Positions 24,221 to 31,368 of a stretch of DNA of 32,000 bases are shown in pieces. The notes beneath the pieces were generated by a model. It was not told where the DNA came from and searched no databases. It saw only the letters and a list, made by a program, of their open reading frames with translations. The stretch's first letter is position 1; the number at the start of each line of letters is the position of its first letter. The stretch is from NCBI RefSeq assembly GCF_000025925.1, contig NC_014033.1, positions 3,180,001 through 3,212,000 of the forward strand, given 5' to 3'. Both the position numbers and the translations under genes were made by a program. The stretch comes from Xylanibacter ruminicola 23. GTDB taxonomy: Bacteria; Bacteroidota; Bacteroidia; Bacteroidales; Bacteroidaceae.

Positions 24221-24361
24221 ATGAGTCGTACACGTAATCACATCGTAATCGCACGAGGTATTATGGCTGAGAATTCACGTCGACAGATGTCGTTGATAAA
24301 CAGGTGCCAGATGCCTTACTCATCGAAGAAGGATTATCGCTTCGTGAACCACAAGTTCTAA
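24221..24361 (+). CDS. Possible 46-aa basic peptide (hypothetical)
   Basis: An ATG preceded by an A-rich leader (aaataaaaaaataatt) gives MSRTRNHIVIARGIMAENSRRQMSLINRCQMPYSSKKDYRFVNHKF. The track's 70-aa version starts at a TTG inside the promoter box. Coding status is uncertain. Confidence 0.35.
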   Translation: MSRTRNHIVIARGIMAENSRRQMSLINRCQMPYSSKKDYRFVNHKF

Positions 24362-24495
24362 ACCAACGGAAAGGATAGTCGAAAACCAACAATTAACATT
24401 ATTACTAATTTGAGCGAAGTGAGCTGAAGAAATCTCATGAGTTAAAGCTGGCCAGCGTTTCGCAAGGCTTCTTCACTCGCTAAATCGTTCAAAAC

Positions 24496-24933
24496 ATGCG
24501 AAAAGAATTTCTTACAAAGCACTTGTTGCAGCAGAACGTCCAGATGGACGGCAACGTTAACTTTATGGTGAATGGCGACATTAATATCCAGCCCTGCCCT
24601 TGGGAGCAGGATGTGGATCTGACCGATGGGCGCCCCGTTCACTACCTGGCTAACCTTGAGGTGATGGCCGATGGTCAGACTCGAGTAAAGGCCAAGCGCA
24701 CCGGCAGTCGCGGCCCGTTGTATCAAACACTGTTTGAGACTGCTCACGGCACTGTAAAGATAGTGCCCCAGCGCAAGCAGCGCCACCCTGAGCGCGAACA
24801 GCTGATAGTAGAGTTTAAGTTTCCTCGCCGCTATGGACTGGCGCTAACCAAGGCGCTCTATGAGGAGGAAGCAGATCAGGTATTGTCGTACTTTAAAACA
24901 CGAAAGGAGGAATGTTTATGGAATCAGCATTAA
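24496..24933 (+). CDS. Hypothetical protein, 145 aa
   Basis: ATG-initiated ORF co-oriented with the primase-like gene. Its 3' end overlaps that gene by 22 nt. No motif recognised. Confidence 0.55.
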   Translation: MRKEFLTKHLLQQNVQMDGNVNFMVNGDINIQPCPWEQDVDLTDGRPVHYLANLEVMADGQTRVKAKRTGSRGPLYQTLFETAHGTVKIVPQRKQRHPEREQLIVEFKFPRRYGLALTKALYEEEADQVLSYFKTRKEECLWNQH

Positions 24934-27176
24934 TCAGCACCATTAAATTTACATGTATTGGCAAGGGGCACGGCGCTCCTTGCACCCCCGCCAGCCGAGA
25001 GGAGTGGGAACAGCTACGCCGAGAGCCCTGGTTGGCACAGATGTGCGAGCGCATAGCCAAGGGCGACGATGAACTGAAGCACCGATTGCCTGTGTGGACA
25101 CCCCATTGCGCGGAGTTTGCCAACAATCACCGATCGATAGCCGATGCCATCAAGCCGCTTAACCGACTGATGCTGGACTTTGATGAGAAGGGACACACCG
25201 ACGACATTCTGTCGAAATTGAAAATTGAAAATGGAAAATTGAAAAATGGCTGCGCTGAGCCTGACTTGCACGGAATGGTGGTGCTGCTGGTTGAAGAATC
25301 GGTGCGCCATGGTACGCATGTGCTGGTAGAGTTGCCCGATGGGATGACTGCCGAACAGGCGCAGGAACTGATGCAAGAGGCTACGGGATTTGTACCCGAT
25401 GCTGCCGTAAAGGATGTGTCGCGTTGTATCTACATGGTGCCCGATGACCATACCCGCTACGTAAGCGAGCGGCTGTTTAATATAGGCACGGATGACACGG
25501 CTTCTAAAGAAAACACGGCTGACTGTGCTGTTGAAAAAAGCAGCGTCTCTCTAAAAGAGAGCTGTGTTAATCCGTGCCAAAAAGAATTTAAAGGCATACC
25601 CTACAGCTCTATCATAGCCGAGTGGTGGCACCGCAACGGGGGCGAGCCTGCCGAGGGCGAACGTAACGTAAAACTACACAAGTTGGCAGTAAATCTGCGC
25701 GCCATCTGCGATAATAAGAAAGAGGTGCTGATGCAGGTGATGCCCCGATTCGGACTGACCGATGCCGAACTTAAATCGGTAGTCGATTCGGCTTGCAAGG
25801 AAGAACCCAAAGGCGTTTCGAAGACGCTGTCTTCTATCATTGACAATTTATCATTAACCATTAACCATTCTGATGAGGAGGAGTTAGATGGTGCGGAAAA
25901 TGGTCAATCTTCAATGTTCAATGTTCAATGGAACAAACTGCCCATCGGACTGAAAGAGTCGTTGGTTGGTGTGCCCGTATCCATGCATATGCCTGTGCTG
26001 TGCGGCGTGCTGCCCATTGCGGCGGCCTATGCCGACCAGGTAACGGTGGAATATTGCGATGGCAACACCCAGCGCTTAGGTCTGATGTCGATAATCCGTG
26101 GCGAGCAGGCCAGCAACAAATCGGTAGTAAAGAATGCTGTTGACATCTGGAAACGACAGCTTGACGAGGAAGATGCCCTGGCCCGCAAGCGCGAAGAGGA
26201 GTGGAAGGAGCGCAAAAAGGGGCGCAAAGCCAGCGAGAAGGCACCCGAAGATCCGCATGTATTGATTCGCGTAGTGCCCGTAACCGTTAGCTGCTCAACG
26301 TTGCTTAAGCGTTTCAAGAACGCTCAGAACCACACCCTGTACAGCTTTGGTGAGGAACTCGACACGCTGCGTAAAACCAACGGAGCCGGTTCGTGGTCGA
26401 GCAAATACGATATTTATCGCTTGGGTTTCGACTATGGCGAATGGGGACAGGATTACAATAGCGATGCAGCCGAGAGTGGTGTGGTAAACGTGGCATATAA
26501 CTGGACTATGCTGGGAACAAACGGCGCCCTGCGCAAGTGCTTTAAGGCCGATAACATAGAGAACGGACTCTCGAGCCGTGTGTTGGTGGCCGAAATGCCT
26601 GATGCCAGCTTTGCCAAGATGCCTAAGTTCCGCAAGCGATCGGACGAGGATGTGGCCAGGATACAAGAGGCCGTGAGCCGTTTGCGTGGCTACTCAGGAT
26701 TGGTTGACACACCCCGCCTGCGCAAAGCCATCGAGGGCTGGGTAGAGCAGAAACGCATAGAGGCAGCCAAGGATATCGACCACGTAAAGGATACCTATCG
26801 TAAGCGTGCTGCCGTTATCGGCTTCCGCTGTGGCGTGGTGTTCCACCTGCTGAGCGGTTGCAACAAGGAGAGTAAGGCCTGTACCGATTTTGCGCTGATG
26901 ATGGCCGAATACTGCCTGCAGCAGCAGATAAAGGCCTTTGGCGAGGCACTCGAAAGTCAGTTCCTGGATGCCCGCGACGAGTGTGTGCGTTATGGCTCTA
27001 ACCACTCTATCTTCGATCAGCTGGCACCTACGTTTACCATGGACGATTTGCGTGCGCTGAAGCGAGGATTCTGCGGCGAGGCCGGGCTGCGAAAAATCAT
27101 TTCGCGCTGGTATCGCGACCAGTGGATTGAGAAAACCGACCGCACGCACTGGAAGAAACTAAACACTACTGTGTGA
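24912..27176 (+). CDS. Primase-helicase-like protein: BT4734/VirE_N-type N-terminal domain plus DUF3987-like C-terminal domain
   Basis: 754 aa. The N-terminal pattern KHRLPVWTPHCAEF...NRLMLDFDEKGH matches the LP...F...(S)G(L)..(L)DfD signature I associate with VirE_N/BT4734-like domains. The large C-terminal region resembles DUF3987 proteins of Bacteroidales. An SD-like aaaggagg lies at 24904-24910. I could find no canonical Walker A. Confidence 0.6.
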   Translation: MFMESALISTIKFTCIGKGHGAPCTPASREEWEQLRREPWLAQMCERIAKGDDELKHRLPVWTPHCAEFANNHRSIADAIKPLNRLMLDFDEKGHTDDILSKLKIENGKLKNGCAEPDLHGMVVLLVEESVRHGTHVLVELPDGMTAEQAQELMQEATGFVPDAAVKDVSRCIYMVPDDHTRYVSERLFNIGTDDTASKENTADCAVEKSSVSLKESCVNPCQKEFKGIPYSSIIAEWWHRNGGEPAEGERNVKLHKLAVNLRAICDNKKEVLMQVMPRFGLTDAELKSVVDSACKEEPKGVSKTLSSIIDNLSLTINHSDEEELDGAENGQSSMFNVQWNKLPIGLKESLVGVPVSMHMPVLCGVLPIAAAYADQVTVEYCDGNTQRLGLMSIIRGEQASNKSVVKNAVDIWKRQLDEEDALARKREEEWKERKKGRKASEKAPEDPHVLIRVVPVTVSCSTLLKRFKNAQNHTLYSFGEELDTLRKTNGAGSWSSKYDIYRLGFDYGEWGQDYNSDAAESGVVNVAYNWTMLGTNGALRKCFKADNIENGLSSRVLVAEMPDASFAKMPKFRKRSDEDVARIQEAVSRLRGYSGLVDTPRLRKAIEGWVEQKRIEAAKDIDHVKDTYRKRAAVIGFRCGVVFHLLSGCNKESKACTDFALMMAEYCLQQQIKAFGEALESQFLDARDECVRYGSNHSIFDQLAPTFTMDDLRALKRGFCGEAGLRKIISRWYRDQWIEKTDRTHWKKLNTTV

Positions 27177-27193
27177 CGTGTGATTATGTGACA
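27172..27193 (+). promoter_or_regulatory. Bipartite site TGTGAC-N9-TGTGACA (copy 3)
   Basis: tgtgacgtgtgattatgtgaca. It overlaps the primase-like stop codon (TGA 27174-27176) and is about 50 nt upstream of the next ATG. Confidence 0.6.
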
Positions 27194-27203
27194 TTTAGTA
27201 CAT

Positions 27204-27241
27204 TAAACATTAAAGATTAAACATTAAAGATTAAACATTTT
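27204..27241 (+). repeat. Tandem heptad leader (TAAACAT/TAAAGAT)x5 abutting the 27242 start codon
   Basis: taaacattaaagattaaacattaaagattaaacatttt runs directly into the ATG. Confidence 0.9.
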
Positions 27242-27733
27242 ATGGAGATTATATTAACACGCATAGCTAAGCGCCAGCAGTACACGATAGGTAGGCTGGC
27301 CATTGTAGAACGTACCGACGATGAGTATCTGGCTGGTGAGCGCGAGGTGTATTTTTGCGATACCCTCGAACCGCCTGTCATCCAGACTAAAACTACCGTA
27401 TCGCTGGCTTCGGTGCTGCGTTCGCCCGTAAAACTTAAATCTATCAAGCCCGTGGCCATCCCCGAAGGCCGCTACGCAGTAGTTATTACCTACTCCCCAA
27501 AGTTCAACAAGTGGTTACCGCTGCTGTTGGGTGGTCAGGACTTTAACCGCCTGTGGCAGGGCATACGCATACACTTTGGCAACACCGTTGCCGATACGCA
27601 GGGTTGCATACTGCTGGGGCGCAACCAGCGCGTGGGCAGGTTGTTTGAGAGTCGTAAGTGGGTGTACGAGCTAAAGCAGAAAATCATCGAAGCCAAGGCC
27701 CGAAAAGAAGCAGTGTGGATTACCATCAGGTAG
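27242..27733 (+). CDS. DUF5675-like protein with an H-x-GN...DT-x-GC motif (possible YkuD-like / cell-wall-active fold)
   Basis: 163 aa. IPEGRYAVVITYSPKFNKWLPLL...GIRIHFGNTVADTQGCILLG matches my recollection of the DUF5675 core (RY.v....SPKF....P.L..V.g..gI.IH.GN...DT.GCIl.G). No signal peptide. Confidence 0.5.
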   Translation: MEIILTRIAKRQQYTIGRLAIVERTDDEYLAGEREVYFCDTLEPPVIQTKTTVSLASVLRSPVKLKSIKPVAIPEGRYAVVITYSPKFNKWLPLLLGGQDFNRLWQGIRIHFGNTVADTQGCILLGRNQRVGRLFESRKWVYELKQKIIEAKARKEAVWITIR

Positions 27734-27750
27734 TCCACACTGGCTTTTAT
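27711..27750. terminator. Bidirectional terminator hairpin spanning the end of the DUF5675-like gene
   Basis: 9-bp stem cagtgtgga / tccacactg with a 14-nt loop containing the stop codon. It is followed by gcttttat on the plus strand and cttcttttcg on the minus strand. The dpp gene converges on it. Confidence 0.65.
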
Positions 27751-27768
27751 CGTCGTAAGTGCTAATGT

Positions 27769-29892
27769 TTACTTGGCACCAATCTCTTTAATCAAGCGGT
27801 CGGCTTTGCCCCAGCTTTCCATCATGTACAGCACGTAGCGGATATCTACGCCGATGCAGCGGGCCAGCTGCTTGTCGAAGAAGATATCCGAAGAAAGGCT
27901 GTCCCAGTTGCCGTCAAAGGCCAGTCCGATGAGCTCGCCCTTGCCGTTGAACATAGGCGAACCTGAGTTACCACCGGTGATGTCGTTGTTCGACAGGAAG
28001 CACAGGTGCATCTTACCTGTGGTTTTATCGGTATATTTACCAAAGTCCTTCTTAGAGAGCAGCTCCTTCATGATAGGCTCGGCCTCGTAGTCGATAACGC
28101 CCTGCTCGCCACGGTTCATCTTCTCAACAATGCTCTCGGCTGTGGTGTAGTAGCCCGAGGGCTGACCGGCCAGCAGGTACTCGCCTACCTGACCGTACGA
28201 GAGGCGCATGGTGAAGTTGGCGTCTGAGTAGTTAGGCATATCCTCCTCCATGCGCAGCTTGGCAGCACACAGGTAGCGCTCCTGCACGGCGATAGAATCG
28301 TAAACCTCGGTAGCCTCGGCTATAATGTCGCTTATGGTGTTGTTAAGGCTCTCGCCAAAGGCCACACCAGGATCCTTACGGAAGCTCTTCTTGTTGATAT
28401 AGATTTTCTTGCCGTGCTTCATCAATTGCGACTTCTTGAACAGATAGTCGATATACTTCTGATAGTTGCCGCCAAAGTCGCGATCAACTACCTGATAGAA
28501 GTCGGGCAGGTATTTCTCCTCAACCTGAGTGCGATAGAATGCCATGGCTGCAGCCTGAATCTCCTTGTCGGTAGCCTCGTCCCACTCGTTGCTGTTGTCT
28601 TCGAACTCTATGTACTGGCTCTTGGGCTTATTCTCATCGCCCTTAACGGTAGAGCCGTTCTGGGCACGATAAGCACGGCGTGTAAGCTCGTCGGCGCTAC
28701 GGCCGCCAAAGGTCTCGCTAAAGTAGGTGAGTGCCTTAATGGCCTTGAACTGCTTAGCGTACAGGCGCTCCAGAAGGTCGAAGTCGAGTTTGCCCTTCAG
28801 GAATCCCGTAGAATCCTGCCAGCAGCGTATCTTCTGTTCGAACTCGGCCTTCTGCTTAATCAATCCGATAGAGTCGATACACTTGTTCATACCGATAGAG
28901 TTCTTCCAGTAGTTTGAGCTCTGGGCGTATTTAGAATCGTACTTGATACGTACAGCCTCGTCGGCGCGCATGTGGCGAATCATAATGTTCTGCTTAACCT
29001 CGCGGGTTTTATAGCGTGGCTCATTTTCGGCATCGCGACGCTCGCGGATACCATAGCTCGACAGATAGCGGTTGGTAGAGCCGGGATAGCCGATGGTCAT
29101 AGAGAACGAACCTGGCACGTAGCCCTGCAGCGATACGGGTGCCCACTTCTTTGGGTGGTAAGGCACGTTATCCTTTGAGTACTTGGCGGGACCGCCGGTT
29201 TTTGGATCAACATAGATGCGGAAAACCGAGAAGTCGCACGTCTGACGGGGCCACATCCAGTTATCGGTCTCGCCACCAAACTTACCCATCGATTTGGGCA
29301 GGGCGAACACCAGGCGCACATCCTCATAGTCGCGATAGGTAGTAAGGAAGTAGCGGTTGCCCTCGTAGAAAGGCTTCAGCTCTACACGCAGGGTTGAATC
29401 CTGCTGGCGGATGGCCTTGCTCATAGCGTTTTCAACAGAATCAACAAACTGGGCGCGCTTGCTCTGTGGCAGGTTGTTAAGTCCTAATGAGTCGAGATAG
29501 GCTGTGACATCCTTCTGCTCAATCATAAAGCTAACAAACAGGCGCTCGTTGGGCAGCTCCTCTTCGTAAGAGTTTGCCACAAAGCCGTTCAGCATGTAAT
29601 CGTGCTCAACGGTAGAGTGCGAGCGGATGGCCTCGAAACCGCAGTGGTGATTGGTAAACACCAGACCATCGGGCGAAACGACTACACCCGAGCAGAATCC
29701 ACCAAAGTTAACCACGCAGTTTTTAACGGCATCTTCGCCGTAGTACAGCGCGTTGTAAGGCAACTCATAGTTCTCCTGCTTCATGGTTTCATACACGGCA
29801 TTGGGCAGGTTGTAAAGTGTCCACATGCCTTCGTCGGCCTTAGCGCTTGTAAGGCTGCATGCAGCAAGTAAAGTAAAAAGTAACTTTTTCAT
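27769..29892 (-). CDS. S46-family dipeptidyl-peptidase, DPP7-type
   Basis: 707 aa. Signal peptide then ADEGMWTLYNLP, catalytic His context FTNHHCGF, and catalytic Ser context TGGNSGSPMFNGKGELIGLAFDGNW. Gly sits in the FDGNW position, the residue reported to separate DPP7 (Gly) from DPP11 (Arg/Ser). Confidence 0.85.
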   Translation of the reverse strand: MKKLLFTLLAACSLTSAKADEGMWTLYNLPNAVYETMKQENYELPYNALYYGEDAVKNCVVNFGGFCSGVVVSPDGLVFTNHHCGFEAIRSHSTVEHDYMLNGFVANSYEEELPNERLFVSFMIEQKDVTAYLDSLGLNNLPQSKRAQFVDSVENAMSKAIRQQDSTLRVELKPFYEGNRYFLTTYRDYEDVRLVFALPKSMGKFGGETDNWMWPRQTCDFSVFRIYVDPKTGGPAKYSKDNVPYHPKKWAPVSLQGYVPGSFSMTIGYPGSTNRYLSSYGIRERRDAENEPRYKTREVKQNIMIRHMRADEAVRIKYDSKYAQSSNYWKNSIGMNKCIDSIGLIKQKAEFEQKIRCWQDSTGFLKGKLDFDLLERLYAKQFKAIKALTYFSETFGGRSADELTRRAYRAQNGSTVKGDENKPKSQYIEFEDNSNEWDEATDKEIQAAAMAFYRTQVEEKYLPDFYQVVDRDFGGNYQKYIDYLFKKSQLMKHGKKIYINKKSFRKDPGVAFGESLNNTISDIIAEATEVYDSIAVQERYLCAAKLRMEEDMPNYSDANFTMRLSYGQVGEYLLAGQPSGYYTTAESIVEKMNRGEQGVIDYEAEPIMKELLSKKDFGKYTDKTTGKMHLCFLSNNDITGGNSGSPMFNGKGELIGLAFDGNWDSLSSDIFFDKQLARCIGVDIRYVLYMMESWGKADRLIKEIGAK

Positions 29893-29896
29893 ATAT

Positions 29897-31363
29897 TTAT
29901 TTTGTTTTCTTGAATTTCTTTCCGATAATTGGCAGGCTTGAAAGTGGCATGTCGGTTTTGATGATGCGATAGATAAAGCCTAAAATCATCAGGCTGTTCC
30001 AGATGAGTGATGCCCAGGCAGGCAGTCGCTGCTCGCCCCATTTCATCAGAGCAAAGAAGGCACCTGCGGCGATAAAGTAAATAACGATATCCTTCATAGG
30101 ATAGGGGATGGGGTTCTGCTTCTGACCAACGATATAGCTCAGCACCATAGCTGTGCCATAACCTGCCAGTCCGCCCCAAGCGCAGGCCCAGTAGCCTATC
30201 TGGGGGATGAAGATAACGTTAACGCCAAACAGCACAGCGCAACCTGCCAGCGAGAACCAGGCGCCATAGATGGTCTTGTCGATAAGCTTGTACCAGAACG
30301 ACAGGTTGAAGTAGATGCCCATAAATATCTCGGCCATCATCACTATCGGCACAATGCCCAGTCCCTCGCGGAACTTATCGCCTACCAGGTACTTGAAGAT
30401 ATCGATATAACCCATGACACATAGGAATGCCAGCAGCGTGAATATCACGAAGAACTTCATCGACTTGGCATACAGCTCCTTGCTGTTCTTTTCCTTGGCC
30501 GAACCGAATACGATGGGCTCGTAGGCAAAACGGAAGGCCTGGGTAATCAGGGCCATTATCATTGCAATTTTGATGCAGGCGCCATAGATACCTAACTGAT
30601 GGCGACCCTCCTCAGAGTCGAGGATACGTGGCAGCAGTATCTGTCCGGCCACCTGGTTCAGTATGCCTGCAATACCCAGCACCAGCAAGGGCCACGAGTA
30701 GCTAAGCATCTGTTTGCACTTCTGGCTATCGAACTGCCATTTAAAGCCCACCAGCTCGCTGATGAGGCAGAACGATATAATAGTGGTACACAGCAGGTTG
30801 ATGGCAAAGGCATAACCGATGTGTATCTGCCACTCGGGGTTGATTTGCGGCATGAGCCAGTAAGCCACCACGTTAAGCGTAACGCTCATGAAGATAAACA
30901 GCAACTTGAGCGATGCAAACTTAATGGGGCGATGCTTGTAGCGCAGATAGGCAAAGGGGATGGCCTGGAAGGCATCCTGAGCCACGGTTACAAACATCAT
31001 ACCTACGTACCACTTGTGGTTGGGATAGTCGAGCACACTGGCGATGGGGTTGATAAACAGCAGTACCAGTGCAGCAAACGTGAGGCACACGCCGCCAACC
31101 ATCATCAGTGCCGTGCTGTACACACGCATCTTGTCGCCCTCTTCCTTATTCATAAAGCGGAAGAAGGTGGTTTCCATACCAAACGTAAGCAGCACCATCA
31201 ACAGCGCTGTTTGGGCATAGATATCGTTGTAGATGCCGTAATCGGCACAACTCTTCAGGGTGTAAGTATAAAGCGGCACCATCAGGTAGTTCAAGAATCT
31301 ACCTACAATGCTCGAAAGGCCGTAGATGGCCGTGTCTTTTACTAATGATTTTAAATTTGCCAT
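29897..31363 (-). CDS. MOP-superfamily oligosaccharide/polysaccharide flippase (Wzx/MurJ-like)
   Basis: The start is placed at MANLKSLVKDTAIYGLSSIVGRFLNYLMVPLYT. About 488 aa with multiple hydrophobic helices throughout. The dpp gene starts 4 nt downstream of its stop. Confidence 0.75.
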   Translation of the reverse strand: MANLKSLVKDTAIYGLSSIVGRFLNYLMVPLYTYTLKSCADYGIYNDIYAQTALLMVLLTFGMETTFFRFMNKEEGDKMRVYSTALMMVGGVCLTFAALVLLFINPIASVLDYPNHKWYVGMMFVTVAQDAFQAIPFAYLRYKHRPIKFASLKLLFIFMSVTLNVVAYWLMPQINPEWQIHIGYAFAINLLCTTIISFCLISELVGFKWQFDSQKCKQMLSYSWPLLVLGIAGILNQVAGQILLPRILDSEEGRHQLGIYGACIKIAMIMALITQAFRFAYEPIVFGSAKEKNSKELYAKSMKFFVIFTLLAFLCVMGYIDIFKYLVGDKFREGLGIVPIVMMAEIFMGIYFNLSFWYKLIDKTIYGAWFSLAGCAVLFGVNVIFIPQIGYWACAWGGLAGYGTAMVLSYIVGQKQNPIPYPMKDIVIYFIAAGAFFALMKWGEQRLPAWASLIWNSLMILGFIYRIIKTDMPLSSLPIIGKKFKKTK

Positions 31364-31368
31364 AGTTT

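Noticed and set aside
24149-24361. 70-aa version of the small ORF from the track.
   Set aside because: It begins at a TTG that is part of the TACCTTTG promoter box, so it would start upstream of the likely TSS. Only the internal ATG (24221) version is retained, at low confidence.
24442-24786. 114-aa minus-strand ORF.
   Set aside because: It is antisense to the 145-aa ORF and to the spacer. It has no promoter box or A-rich leader and opposes the orientation of the transcription unit.
25014-27149. Several 60-151-aa ORFs on the minus strand or in alternative frames within 24912-27176.
   Set aside because: All are nested in, or antisense to, the uninterrupted 754-aa ORF. Their composition (Arg/Cys/His-rich) is typical of shadow ORFs.
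21184-27768. The cassette could be a prophage, ICE or classical genomic island.
   Set aside because: No integrase/recombinase, tRNA, capsid/terminase or conjugation genes are present. The outer borders contain only terminator hairpins and I found no att-like direct repeats there. It is kept as an 'integrase-less cassette', not called a mobile_element.
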